Shown: positions 50,332 to 64,000 of the stretch, piece by piece
Layout of the letters: each line of letters opens with the position of its first letter
Numbering within the stretch: position 1 is the first letter of the stretch
Assembly: GCA_001643675.2 (NCBI GenBank)
Contig: LSRY02000058.1
Span: forward strand, 186,001 to 250,000
Direction of reading: 5' to 3'
Length of the DNA: 64,000 bases
DNA from: Monocercomonoides exilis PA203
Lineage: Eukaryota; Protista; Preaxostyla
Notes under the pieces: generated by a model
What the model saw: the letters and a program-made list of their open reading frames with translations, nothing else
Database searches by the model: none
What the model was told of the DNA's origin: nothing
Position numbers and translations under genes: made by a program

Positions 50332-52053
50332 ATGACTACTCTTGCGCTCGCGCCTCGTTTGAAAGAAGAACGTTTAGCTTTTCATGCCGAAAATCATAGG
50401 CCTATTAGAAAATATCAAGCTTGGCCAGGAAATGTTACATTTTGCTGCGATGGAAATGTTGTTCAAGGCAGTAATAAACTGTTGTTTTGGGCATCATTTG
50501 GCTTTATTATCCTTCCTTACGTACTCTTTTTATCAACAGTTATAAATTTACTCGACAATAGCGCAAGAATCGGATTAATAATATTTTTCGTCATTGTGTT
50601 AATTGTCCTTCTGGTAATGTTTTTTCTTACTTCTTGTACAGAACCTGGAATAATTGATCGATATAGTGCAACCGTAGACGATTATTATTGTATGATTTAT
50701 GCATTGGAAATCGTTATTTTTATATCTTTAAAACATATTTTTAAAAGTACTTCTTGCACAACTTCCAGCAAACTTACCAACTGCAATGTGGCCAAGATAC
50801 TGCAAAACTTGTAAGGCTATTCGACCGCCTCGCGCTTCTCATTGCTCGCGATGTAATCATTGCGTAAGACGATTTGATCATCATTGTCCATGGTTTGCGA
50901 CATTACGTCTTTTTTTAATAATTTTACTTTTGTGACATTTAACTTATTCATGTTTTAGGCTTGGTACCTGCATTGGCGAAAGAAATTATAAATATTTCTT
51001 CTTCTTCTTGTTTTTTGTTGTCTTTTCCTCAATCGTGTTTATTGTTGTTGCTGGTGTATGCTTTTTTGAAGCGGTCACATGTATGTGTTTATTACAGTTA
51101 TATGTCAATATTTTTTAATGCACACTATTGTTTTCTAAAAACGAATAAGGGTATTACAACAATGTTGGAACAGAATGGCATAAAGAACAAACAACATTCA
51201 TTGTGAGAATGTTTTTCTGGTTTGAATTGACTTCTCTTGCTTATTTTTTCAATTTTTTTTTTTAAAAATTTATTTGTTTGTTTATTTATTCTCATTTTTC
51301 CATTATTCCTTTTTTGTTTTCCCCAAACCTCATTTCATTTCCATTCCAGTGCTTTTGTGACAGTCTATGCCATTGTTGTGTTCATCATCTTTGTCCCCTT
51401 CTTTCTGTTCCACTGCTTCTTAATCTTCAAAAACAGAACAACAAGAGAACAGACACTGAACATCCTCACGAGTGAGAACCCATTCAACGAAGGCTGCTGC
51501 GACAGCCTGAAATTCATCATGTGCTCTGACCCTGGCAAACCGTATGAAGTGATTGAGAATATTATTATGAATTTGATAATGATTTTATTTGAATGTTTTG
51601 TGGATGTCGTATTTGAATATTATTTTATTTTATTTATGAATATTTATTTTTATTGTTTTGTTACTGTTTTTATTTGAAAAAATTTTTCATTATTGTTATT
51701 TTTATGCCTAATAACAAACTAATATCTCTCCAATTCTCTTTTCATTCATTCACTCACTTTCACACTCTCTCACACAACAACACACGCACAACACCAACAT
51801 TTCATTTCATTTCATTTCAACTTTTCTCTTTTTTCCTCTTCCTCTTCCTCTCCCTCTCAGTCTCAACTTCCGTGAGCACCTGCATGAGAACCATCCTCTT
51901 CTGCAGCTGGAAGAGAAAGGAAGGCGACTTGCCATTGCAAATGGCATAGCAGTTGCTGATCTGCCACCTGAGCCTGAAAACTACGACGACGAAGCAACAA
52001 CTGAGTCTGCTATGGGCTCTTTGCAATCAGATTTGTATTCTTCTTCTTCTTCT

Positions 52054-52085
<32 letters not shown>

Positions 52086-55000
52086 CTCCTCCTCCTCCTC
52101 TTCTTCTTCTTCCATCCATCCATCTTCTTCAACATCATCACTTTCATCTCTGTCATCATCTCTTTCTTCTTCTGCTTCTTCTTCACCCACATCATCCTTA
52201 TCATCCAACCCCTCTCAATCTGATTCTGCTTCTTCTGAAAATCTTCCCCCAGACTCACCTTCACCTTTTCATTCATCTTCATCTTCATTTCCTTCTTCTT
52301 CCTCTTCCTATTCATCTTCATTTCCTTCCTCTTCTCCTTCTCCTCCGTCTTCTCCTCCTCCTTCTCCCCATTATTCACCCAATCACCTTCTCCTCTGCCA
52401 GCCCTGTAGAATAGACTCTTTAATCACTGCTCCTCATTCATATCACAATCCTATTCAGATGACAGACAATGGAAGCTTAAATTCTTCAACATCTTTATCT
52501 TTATCTTCTTCTTCTTCTTCTTCTTCTTCTTCTTCTTCTTCTCATTCATCATCCTCTTCCTCTTCTTCCTCCTCCTCCTCATCCTCTTCACATAGAAAAG
52601 GCTCTTATTCACCCACAGGCATAGACAACATGACTCGTATTCTGAGAAAAGGGGCAGATCACAGCAGAGAAAGAGAGAAAGACAAAGAGAAGGAGATTAT
52701 GCGATGGATAGAGATGGCACGCATAGACGAGGTGGATGAACGAGAAGGTGAGAGAGAGGAAGGAGGAGAGAGAGGAAGAGAAGGAGAAGAAGAAAGAGAA
52801 GAAGAAGAAGAAAGAGAAGGAGAAAGAGGAAGAGGAAGAGGAGAAAGAGATGCATGTGAAGTGATGACACCGTATTTGGAGTCTATTGAGAGTGTGCTGC
52901 ATTCGAATGGGGCAGAAGATGAGATGGAGGAATATGGGAGTGGAATGAAAGAAAAGGAGATTCTGTTTGTTGGGGAAGACAATCCGTTGGCTGATGGAAG
53001 GTATGGGGATGGCAATAATAACATTAATAACAATAACATAAATAATAATAATAAAAGGAGTAATTATGATAAACATAATAATTATCGCAATAATCATAGT
53101 ACCTTTAACATTAACAATAACAATAATAACAAAGAATTTAATCCAGATATAGAAGCATTCCATTTGAGCCAAACAGAAATTGACTCAAAGAATTTGATAG
53201 GAGACAGAACAGAAACACCTCCTGTGCCACTCACACCATCAGGAGAGGAAGAGAGAGGAGAAGAAGAGAATGACAGAAAAGAATTTATTTCAAAGGATTT
53301 AGATGTGGTTTATTCTGATGAAGGATTTAAGAGTTGTGAAGAAGGAGATGATGATGGTGGTTATAATCAAAATATTGTGAATTCAATGATAGGGAATAAT
53401 AAAGCAGATAATTATCTTTCTGCATCGTCATCTTCTTCTTCATCTTTATCAACTTCTTCTTCGTCTATTTCTAATTCCAATTCCTCTCCTCTTCTTCCCC
53501 TTTCTTTGCTCCACACCCACCACATCCTCAACACAGCCATCTCTTCAGCCTCAATTGATCTGGCTGCTGCTTCATCTTCTCATTCATATTCTGATTATCA
53601 TCTGTCTCCTGAGCTTTATTTGGCAAATACTCAAAGAAATAGATTGGATGGAGAAGATTTGGTTAATGTTGATGATGGAGAAAGAGGAGAAAGAGGAAAA
53701 GAAGGAAATAACAAGATGATAAATGAAAGAGAAGGAGAAAGAGAAGGGGAAGAAGGGAGAGAAGGAGAAGCAATAATATCAGCTGCAGATGCGAAAGAGA
53801 AGAAAAAGAAAAAGAAGAAAAAGAAGAAGAGGAAGAAGAAGCAAAGCCAACAGGAATTAGAAGAGACTCATGTTCAATCAGAAGCCCATCGTTTGATGAA
53901 GAAAAAAGATTATTTTCCAACCTTCAAATCGCTTGCACCTGCACAGATGATGCAATCTGCTGCTCCTTCTTCTATTTCTTCTTCTTCTTCTTCTAATAAT
54001 AATAATAATAATAATAATAACCTTCCATCTTCTTCACAACAACTAGCTCCTATTTCAATGCTTTATCAAAATTCTCCTTCATTTTCTGATAATCTTCAAT
54101 CATCATCATCATCTTCTTCTTCTTCGCTCACACCCAACTTGTATTATCTTCCTTCTTCTTCCTCTTCCTCTTCCTCTTCCTCTTCCTCTTCCTCTTCTTC
54201 TCCATATTATGCCTCTTCTGCCATATTCCCTGAATCTCAAACGCCTCTCAGTAACATTCCTTCATCATCAATAACATCATCATCATCATTTTCTTCCTCT
54301 TCTAACCCTCCCTCCATCTCAAACGACTTCTTCTTCTCTGCCCATCCTCTTCTCCCTCTTCTTCCTCACCTCCACCAACACTCTCATATTCTCCCTCATT
54401 TGCATCGCTCTTTCTCTGCCCCTGATTTATGCCTTCTTCGTCCTTCTCCTTTCGATTTCTTCTCTTCTCCTCAGAATCTTGCATTCCCCCATTCTCCTCT
54501 GCAAGCTTATTCTTCCACCCCTTCTCAAGCATCTTATGTTACTCATGTTTCTTCTGTAGCTTCTATTGCTTCTTCCTCTTCCTCTTCCTCCTCTTCTTCT
54601 TCTCCTTCTTCATTGGTTGCTTCATCTGACATCGCTTTTAACTCACCTTCTGGTTTCTCTAATGTCACCCCTGCTTCTGCTTTTCAGACTCCTCTATCTT
54701 CTTATTCTTCCTCTTCCTCTTCTTCCTCCTCCTCTTCTTCTATTTATGCCTCTCCTTCTCATCGTTCTGTCTCTCCTTCCTCTTCCTCCATGGCATCATC
54801 ATTCACATCCATCTCTTCTTCTTCTTCTTCTTCTTCCTCTTCCTCTTCCTCTTCTTCTTCTTCTCAATACACCCCTCTTCCTACTCCTTCTTCTACCCCT
54901 GCTCTTACTCCTGCATTGTCTGTAGCCACAACTTCTTCTTCTTCTTCCTCTTCCTCTTCTCCTTCTCCTTCTCCTTCTTCAATTTCTGCCTCAAATCCTG

Positions 55001-56712
55001 TTGAATTCTCTTCTCATCTTTCTCACTATCAACAGCTATCTTTACTGATCAACCAACAAAAGGGACAAAACACTCAACTTTTGTCTCAACAAAACACATT
55101 GAAGAATATTTCTTCTTCTTCTTCTTCCTCCTCTTCTTCTTTCTCCTCTTCTCCTTCTCCTTCTCCCTCTTTAGTATCTCAAACTCCTCTCTTCCGCCGT
55201 TCTCAATCACCTTCAATGAAACAACCATATCCTTCTCAATCATCGTCTAATTCATCATCATCATTTAATTCTTCTTCTTCTTCATCATATCCATTGTCTT
55301 CTTCTTCTTCTTCCTCTTCTTCCTCTTCCTCTTCTTCCTCTTCCTCTTCTTCCTCTTCCTCTTCTTCCTCTTCCTCTTCTTCCTCTTCCTCTTCTTCCTC
55401 TTCCTCTTCTTCCTCTTTCTCTTCTTCTTCAATGAAAGCTGTCCCCTCTCCCACAACCACACCCACTCTCATCTCTTCCAAACAGATAAGTTCAAATGCC
55501 TCCCTCATTCACAGACAAAGACAGACATCTCAAAGAACGCTATCACCTTCCACTCTATCTGCTTCTTCTTCTTCTTCTTCTTCTTCTCCCTTTTCATCAA
55601 GAAATGCCATCATTCTTCATTCCACCTCTCGTTCTTCATCGCCCTCTGCCTTCAGAACATCAATCACACCTTCTCTTTTGTCTTCCCATGGAAACATCTT
55701 GTTTCGTATGCCTTCTCCTTCCATCTCTTCATCCTTCTCCCCTTCTCTTTCTGACATGAACCAAACTGCTATTTCATTCTCTACTCCTCGTCTTTCTTCT
55801 TCTTCTTCTTCCTCCTCCTCCTCTTCTTCTTCTACTGCTCCTCTTTCTCGCTCCAATCTCTTCATCCACCCATCATCATCATCACAACAACAACAACAAC
55901 AACCTTCTTCTTCCTCTTCCTCTTCCTCTTTTTCTTCTTCTCTTCTGAATGACAACAGGACTTTATCGCATCTGCCAGGCGAAGATCGGAATATTTACAC
56001 TCTTCCCACACGGATGCCTTCTCCTCTGCTGTCATCCAGCGGATTATCTGACGGCAAACGATACACAAAAAATGGCATTGCTCAAACGATGCCTCATTAC
56101 AGAAACATTTCTATGGCTCAATTGACTGCAGACGCCTCGGAGAAATTTGGTGCTTCGGGTACTTCAGAGTATCTTGGAAGCTTGTCGCTGGATAATTCTC
56201 CGTATTTCTCCGAGTTTTCATCATCACCAAATACTGCTGTTGCTGCTGCAGGACACACGAATATCAGCAATGCAGCGATGTCTGCTTCATTTTCGTCACT
56301 TGGCCCTTCTCTGCCTCAGTCATCATCTACACACTCAATTCAATCATTGCAGTCTGTGCAGTCTATGCAATCTATGCATTCAGTTCATTCATCACAATCT
56401 CTTCGCTATCATCGTTCGCTCTCCTCATTCAATGCAACTTCCCCCTCGCTCACTCAATCTCTTTCTCCACCAGCCTCTTTAGACACCGCCTCATTCACAT
56501 CGCCTGCCCTGTCGTGCTCAGCTGAGAGTGAGCTGATGCATTCTTCTCCATCTGCCACATCCATGTCCTCTCTCGACTCTTCGCTCTCTTTGTCTGAGTC
56601 TTCCTCTAAGAAAGACCAGTTAAGCACAAATAAACAGGAGGAGGACAGCTGGGACGAGACTGATGACTCGTTTGAGGAGTTTTCGGAGGAAGAAATAGAA
56701 ATTTCAGAATGA
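50332..56712 (+). CDS. DHHC palmitoyltransferase (Erf2/ZDHHC9-14-18-like) with very long Ser-rich C-terminal tail; ~5 exons
   Basis: [16 protein letters not shown] helices, [57 protein letters not shown] and NPFNEG. The splice at 51541/51861 is in frame with the 52012-56712 ORF. Confidence 0.92.
55298..55430 (+). repeat. Coding TCT/TCC microsatellite (poly-Ser, ~40 codons)
   Basis: Regular TCCTCTTCCTCTTCT 15-nt higher-order units. Confidence 0.9.
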
Positions 56713-57478
56713 ATGAGCGAATGAGATTAATTTTAAAAGGTATAACTCAAATTTTACGTTTAAACATTTTGTTTGTATGCAGTTTGGTTTATTTTGTTGA
56801 AAAAATATTTTTCATTTTCTTTTATTTTTTTGGAAATTGAGAAGTTTTTTGTTATTTGTGGGCTTTTAATCTTTTTTTTAAATTTGAGGCTAAAAAGTAT
56901 TATTTTTTAGTTTATTTTCAAAGGAGTTGAAGATCATTGTTAAAAATCAGAAAGAAAAGTTTACGTTTTCTTTCAAAATCAATGTTTTGCATTTGCTTTC
57001 ATTAATGTGAAAGTTAGTTTAATCAGAAAGTTTTATCAATTTGAAATAGAAGAAAACTTGTTATTTTTTCAATTTTTGTTTTTTCGATAACTTTTTAATC
57101 AGCCTTTTTAAGAAATACATGTGTCTTTCAGATCTTTTATCTGTTTGCTCTGAATTAAGCTTATAATTTTCATTTTTTTAAGTCTATATTTTTCGACTAT
57201 TTTATGAATTATTCGATCGCTTTCTGTTTATCAATTTATCATTTACAGCAAATGAATGTTATCGTTTTTTGATAATCGATTTGAAAAGAACAATACCAAC
57301 ACATAGCTATAATTGTAAAACTTGAAGAATATAAATAAAGTTTTTTAAATACGAAAAAACATGTAATAATTGCTAATCATCTTTTTAACATGATTTTTAA
57401 TGAACAAACAAAATCAATATATGTGTACTGGGACAAGTGATCATTAATTATTTATTCCAACAAAATTCATGTGGAACA

Positions 57479-60400
57479 ATGGCTCAAACAGAATTGGATC
57501 TTGTTGATTTGTATAATATTATAATTGAAGGAGAGTCTTGTGTTGTTGATATACGCTCTTCTGAAGAATTTGCTGAATCGCACATAATCTCTTCATATCG
57601 AGTAAGTAATACATATCTCGAGGAATTAGAAAATATCAAATACAAAAGAAAAGTTGTTATATCATATTCTATAGATCCACCTTCTCAACAATTTATAAAA
57701 GTTTTGAAGAAACAACAAAACGTTGAAGAAACATATTCATGCCCCTTTGCTGATTTCCAACGAAATTATCCATTTTTTTGTGAAAGCTCAGATTCTCCAA
57801 GTCACGAGACATTAAGGTCATATCCAAATCGTTTGCAAAACTGATTAGAATTTTTATTCTTTTAATTGTTTTTTTATTAAAGAGGTTACAAAGCACATTT
57901 TCCTTTCTGGACAATATCCAGCATCCAACATGGAAGCACTCATGAACTTAAATATTTTTCATATTATAAACTGCACAAATGATGTTTGTATTTTTTATCA
58001 ATCTAATCATGCTTTAAAGAAAAAATCATTATTAATGAATTTATTTCATTCATTTGGGTTTTTTTTTAGGTCAAAAACTATTTTGAAAATTTTCAGTTCG
58101 AAGACGAAGATTCTACAACAGATGATAGTTCATTTTCCGTTGGAACCATCCAATCAAATATTTCTTTGCTTCAAGATTTGCCTCGAAACTGGTCATGTGG
58201 CTCATTATCCACCATTCCAGGAATTCCTAAAGAGAATTCTCGTGTTGTTCCCAATTTTGCTGATGGATCGCAAGTCTCATCGTTTTTTCAGCCACCGCAG
58301 GTATCTCCCCAACAGTCCTACACTCAGGGCTCTATCTTGATGCCTGGCTCAAACCCACTTGAAGGAAGTATTTCATTGACGAATTATCCACAAATAGAAG
58401 AGAATGACCGGCAAGGCACGTTTTATTCAGACACTTTGGGGTCCTTCTATCAAAACACATCAGAAGATGGACGAATATTCCCTCAGGAACAATCAGTTAA
58501 GGAAAGAGAAAGAGATAAAGAAAGAGAGAGAAAGACAGCAAAGTCAGTATTTTTCTCTGACACTGCCAATTTGGAGCCAACCAGCTTTGTGGCTTCTCCG
58601 CCTACTCCTGTCATTCCTCTGCAGAGAACTGGGCCTCATCTCTTTTATGAAGGCAGTGGAGAACAAGGAATGCAAGGAATACAAGGAATGAGGAGGAAGA
58701 AGGAGAAGATGTTCTCAGAGAAGAGAGGGAAGTTTGAGAAATATGAAGAAGGAGAAGAGGAAGAGGAAGAGGATGATGATGCTAAGTGTGATAGTACGGA
58801 GAGTGTTACTGAGACAGAGACAGAAAATGAAGAAGACAGCGAAAGCAGCACAGAAATTGAGTGTGGACACGAAAGAGACGAGTCAGAAGATCTGTTTGAT
58901 GGAGTCAGGGCAGCAGATGAAGAGAATGAAGAAGGAGAAGGAGAAGGAGAAGGAGATGATGATGAATCAACTTCTTCTAATTCTTCTTCTTCTTCCTCTT
59001 CTTCTTCTGATTCTGCTTCAGTTTCTTCTTCTTTTTCATCAACTGTTTCATCTTCGTCGTCTTCTTACCAGAAGATGTTGTCGCCAGCATTTCATCCAAC
59101 ATTTGTGATGCCCTCACACTCCTCATTCACAAACACATTCAGCAACAACAATAACAATAATAACAACAATAGCCAAACATTCACCTCAATTTCTCCTTCT
59201 CCTTTCACTCTCTCAATCTCTTCTTCCACTTCATCTTCCACTTCATCTTCTCCATTTTCCGCCTCCTCTTCCCCCTCCACCTCCCCTTCCTCTTCTGCCT
59301 TCTCCTCTCCGTCCATCTCCTCTGCCCCCCACACTTCTCTTGCCTCTCTCAGAAGATCCAACAAAATGCAGTCTTTATTCCAGCCTTCGCCTCAGCTGCA
59401 TCCAACCTCTCCTTCTATACACCCACTCATGGTGCTGCCTTCCTCTAAACCGACTCCTCCAGGGCATTTCGGAAAATCTTTTGTTTCTTCTTCTTCTTCT
59501 TCATCATCTTCATCTTCTCATAGAACCAATTCTCCTTCACCATCCATCACACCAATAGGCATTTCATCATCATCATCTTCTTCTTCTTCACCTTCCTCTT
59601 CTTCCTCTTCCTCTTCTTCCTCTTCTTCCACACCCTCCTCCTCCTCCTTCCTCATCTCCCCTGCCTCCATCTCTTCTCCCTTCAGCTCCACTCCTCACTC
59701 TCCCACCATCGCCCCTTTAAACAATCCATCTTTTTTCTCCAGTCAAAATCGTTCTGTCGATCAAACAAGATTTTTCAGGCTGAAAGGACAGCTTGAATGG
59801 GGCAAGCATCAACATATGGAGAAAGCAAAGGCAATTTTCCATCAGTCCAAACAGCTTCAAATGCAACAGCAACAACAACAGCAACAACAAAAGCAGTCAC
59901 CTTCATTTGCACTCCATTCACAGTCATCTCACTCCATGTCTCTTGTTCCCTCACGCCCCACCTTCAACTACATCCGCCTGAACATCGAAGACTCAGTCAA
60001 CAGCACTTTGCTCTCCACTCTCCCCTCTGTGCTCTTCTTCCTCCACTCCTGCTACCAGCAGCATTCAAATGTGCTTGTGCATTGCTCACAGGGCATATCC
60101 CGTTCTCCATCTGTGGTGATTGCATATTTAATGCTCAGACACCCAAACTCTTCGTTTGAGTCTGCGTTGAAGCATGTGACAAGGAGAAGGCCGTTGACAA
60201 GGCCGAATGCGAAGTTCCAGAAGGAGCTGAAGGTGCTGGGCGATTGGATACCAAGAGAGAGGGAGAAGATTAGAAGGAGAAGGAGGAGAAGGAGGAGAGA
60301 AAGGGAGAGGGAGAGGGAGAAGGAGAAGGAGGGGAAGAAGGAGATGGTGGGGAAAGGGAAGGAAGAAGGGGAGAAAGTGTTTGAAGAATATGGAGGAAAT

Positions 60401-61756
60401 GTGAAGGAAGAAGAGGAAGAAGAAGGAAAAGAAGGAAAAGAAGTTGAAATAGAAATAGAAACAGAAAGCATAGAGAAGCTGAAGGAGAAGCAAAGTGCTG
60501 AGAGGTTGAGTGAAGAAGAAATGAATGCAGAGATTGAGGAGCTGATATCAGGAATGGCTGAAGAGTGGGGGAGGAAAGAGAAGGCAACACACAGCAATGT
60601 GGAGTATTCTGCATTGGCACAAGAGGAAGATGAGAAAGAAGGGAGAAAAGAAGGGAAAAAGAAGATGGAGGAAGGGAAGACAACAAAAGATGATCAAAAT
60701 CAGCAGCCTTTGATAGGTTCTGAGAAATCTTCTGTTTCTTCAATGTCTTCTTCTATTTCATCGTCATCATCATCGTCATCATCATCATCATCGTCGTCAT
60801 CGTCATCATCGTCATCATCATCATCTTCTTCTTCTTCTTCTGAGCATATTCAACAACCAAGTCCAGAATATAAAGACATATCTGAACCACTCAATAATTC
60901 CATCGCTCAAAAAGAAAAAGGCGAAAATCAGATTTACAACACCAATAATGCAATTGTTGTGTCTCCTCTTATACAAGCACCTGAATTTCTCCGCGGAGAA
61001 ACTCTGTCTGTCCCATTGACGCCTGCTGAGCTACCGGCAAGAGCATCGTCTCCGAGTCATTCTGTGCATCTGTTGGAACCTCAACACTTGAATCAATTAT
61101 CCATTCTTCAACAGAAACAAGAAAAAGAACAAGAAAAAGTTCAAAAAGAAGAACAGCAAAAAGAACAAGAACAAGCAATGCCTCCATCTCTTCAGCCTCA
61201 TCCACAACCTCCTCCTCCTCCAACACAATTGAATACACACACACACACACAATCACATCCACCACCACCTCCTCCTCCACCTCCACCTTATCCTCCACCA
61301 TGTCATCATCCTTCTTCTTCTTCAAATTCTTCTTCTTCAAATTCTTCAAATTCTTCTTCATCTCCTTCTTCCACTTCATCCTCTTCTGACACCTCAGCCA
61401 CAACCACCACCACCCCATCATCATCATCATCACAGACACAATTGCCATCTCATTCACTTCCTCAACAATCACTCACATCATCATCATCATCCTCTTTATC
61501 ATCATCATCATCATCCTTATCTTCTTCTTCTTCTTCTTTAAATGCCACTTCATTCCCACTTCAACCCTCATCTCAATCTCAATCACAATCACATTCACAA
61601 ATAGCTTCTTCTCCATCCGCATCAAACGCATTCGCCAATCAATCACAAAGCCAATCTTTCCAATCTACTTCTTCTTCTTCACCATCATCTTCTTTTTCAT
61701 CTTCTTTCTCATTAACTTCCTCTTCCTCTTCCACCTCCGCCACCACCACCACCACC

Positions 61757-61802
<46 letters not shown>

Positions 61803-64000
61803 TATCTTCTTCCTCTCCCTCTCCCTCTCCCTCTTCCTCCTCTCCCTCTTCCCTCCCCTTATCCTCACTCCATCTCCATCCCTCCCTCTCTCCTGCCCCT
61901 GTCATCATCCACCCCACCCACCCTTCCTTCACTGTACAGTCACTTCAACACCAAATGCATTCGACCTCACCTTCTCCTTCCACAACACTTCTCTCCTCTG
62001 GCAGATGCATCAGAACTGGCTCTGTTACTTCTTCTTCTTCTCCTTCTTCTCCTTCTTCTCCCATTTCTTCTTCTGCTTTGGGTTTGATTCCTGCTTCTTC
62101 TTCTTCTACTGCTACTGCTACTCATGTTCCAATAGTTTCTTTGATTTCTCCATCTTCTTCCACCTCTTCCTCCTCTTCTTCTTCCTCTTCATCATCATCA
62201 TCTTCTTCTTCTTCTGCTTCTTTTCCTTCTTCCCCCTCACTCACTTCAGTAGCTCCTCTTGTTCTCTCTCCATCCACATCCCCTCCTTCTTCTTTCCTTC
62301 TCTCTTCTCCTCATTCATCATCATACACTTCATCTGATAGGAATACGCATGATCATTCATCAAATACAACTTCTTCTATGTCTTCTTCTTCTTCTTCTTC
62401 TTCTTCGAATTTTTCATCATCATCGCCTTCTTCATCTTCATCTCCTCCTCCCATTTCTTCTTCTTCATCCTCCTCCTCCTGTTCCTCTTCCTCTTCTTCT
62501 TCTAACCCATCTCTTCAATTTCCTCCTCTTAAAACACGTTTGTCTTCTTCTTCTTCTTCTTCTTCTTCTTCTTCTTCTTCTCAACAACAGCAACAACAAT
62601 ATATTCATAATCACAATCAGAATTATAATCAAAATTACAATCTAATTCATAATCATCATCTTCATCTGAATCATCCTCATCCTCTCAATCATCATCTGAA
62701 TCATCATAATCATCATCATCAACGCCATCTGTCACAACAACTGACACATTCTCATCCACATTTACAGCAAGCTGTTAATACTGGAGATTCTATATCATCA
62801 TCATCTTCTTCTTCTCTTCCTTCTTCTTCCCTTTCTCCTCCTCCTCTTTCATCATCATCATCTTCTTCTTCTTCTCCCACATTCATTCAACAGAAGAAGC
62901 ATAAGTCAATGCAGTTACAACCACAGAGTACAATAAGCTTAGAAAGCTATGCCTCAAGAAGAACATTGAGTCTGGGCTGCAATGAAGGAGAAGATGTTGA
63001 TGATGTTGTTCATAATCTAAGCGAAATGACGCATTTGAAGGAAGAAGGTGAAGGAGAAAGAGGAGAAGGTGGACAGGGTGATGGCAAAGAAGAAGAAATT
63101 CAAGAAATAGCATACAAGTCCACTTCTTCCAACTTCCAAAATACCCAATCTTCTCAATTCTCATCTAATCTTCCTTCAAATCTTCCTTCAAATCTTCCCT
63201 CAAATCTCTCTTCAAAGAAAAAACAGCTGTTTGCGCAGAGATCTCATTCAGTTGTGCATCGCCCTCGTATTCTGCCTCTCTTCCAGCTGAAGACACAAAG
63301 CGGAGATTCCGTCACGTCAGTCACGATGGTGCCTCATCAGCAGGGGAAGACAGGAAAGATGGGAAAGAAGGAGAAGAAGGAGAAGAAGGAGAAGAAGGAG
63401 AAGAACGAAAGGAGAGGTGGATATCAATGTTCTCCACAGCAATATCAACAATATCAGCAACAGCCCAATCAAGCATACAACCAATTAACATCTCCTTCTC
63501 CTTCTTCTTTCTCCTCTTCTTTCTCTTCCTCCTCCTCTTCTTCTTCTCCTTCCTCTTCTCATCACATGATCATCCAACGTTCTGCTCCTTCTCTTGTTCC
63601 TCTCGAAATAAACCAAAAACAACACGAAATGAATTCTCAATCATATCTTCAATCATATCTTCAATCGTCTCCTCATCAGAAGATGTATTCAGAATCAAAG
63701 CTGTCTATTGATTTTAGACAACCTCCTACTCCAAGTGAAGGGAAAGAGGGGAAAGAGGGAAGAGAAGGAAGAGAAGGGGAAAGACCTGTGCCACCGCCTC
63801 CACGTGAACAGGAAGAAGAAGAAGAAGAAGAAGAAAGAGATGGAAATGGATTAGAGGAATCCAAGCAGAATAAAATAGCTAATAAGGCTACAACGAATGA
63901 AACAACAAAAGAAATGAATAAAGCAAATGAAATATCAAACGCTAATCAACCGTCATCATCATCATCATCTGTTTCCTCACAACAACAGAATGAAGAAGAA
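57479..64000 (+). CDS. Rhodanese (CH2) + dual-specificity protein phosphatase (MKP/STYXL1-like), runs off the window; introns 57831-57882 and 57984-58069
   Basis: VVDIRSSEEFAESHI (rhodanese) and YPNQVTKHIFLSG...LNIFHIINCT. In the same frame as exon 3, at ~60071: VLVHCSQGISRSPSVVIAYLM...RPNAKFQKEL. Absent from the ORF track, consistent with no stop before 64000. Confidence 0.9.

Noticed and set aside
33145-63864. Many antisense and alternate-frame ORFs rich in Phe/Leu/Lys/Glu
   Set aside because: Shadows of microsatellite-coded Ser/Glu tracts in the real genes.
1-64000. tRNA, rRNA or snRNA genes
   Set aside because: None recognised by eye; tRNAscan-SE or Infernal would be needed to exclude them.

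Overview
AT-rich, intron-containing eukaryotic (protist) genomic DNA using the standard code (RPS13 ends TAA, beta-adaptin ends TAG). Short GT-AG introns, poly-Ser/poly-Glu-inflated proteins and the gene-family types suggest an oxymonad such as Monocercomonoides (inference, not verified). The left half (~5.7-31 kb) is a mobile-element and pseudogene zone. It holds a decayed DIRS-type tyrosine-recombinase retrotransposon split by a 242-bp TA-targeting MITE, a beta-helix surface-protein pseudogene, a divergent ARF GTPase and a pogo-type DD35D transposase whose upstream end resembles the MITE TIR. It also holds two long near-perfect fold-back palindromes and a 5.8-kb mosaic of gene fragments bracketed by inverted MITE-type TIRs. 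The right half carries housekeeping genes: RPS13, an AP-4-like beta-adaptin, a DHHC palmitoyltransferase with a ~1600-aa Ser-rich tail, and a rhodanese + dual-specificity phosphatase with a hugely interrupted catalytic domain. It also carries low-complexity hypothetical genes and one intronless gene resembling bacterial filamentous haemagglutinin/CdiA. All calls were made by eye; no searches were run.
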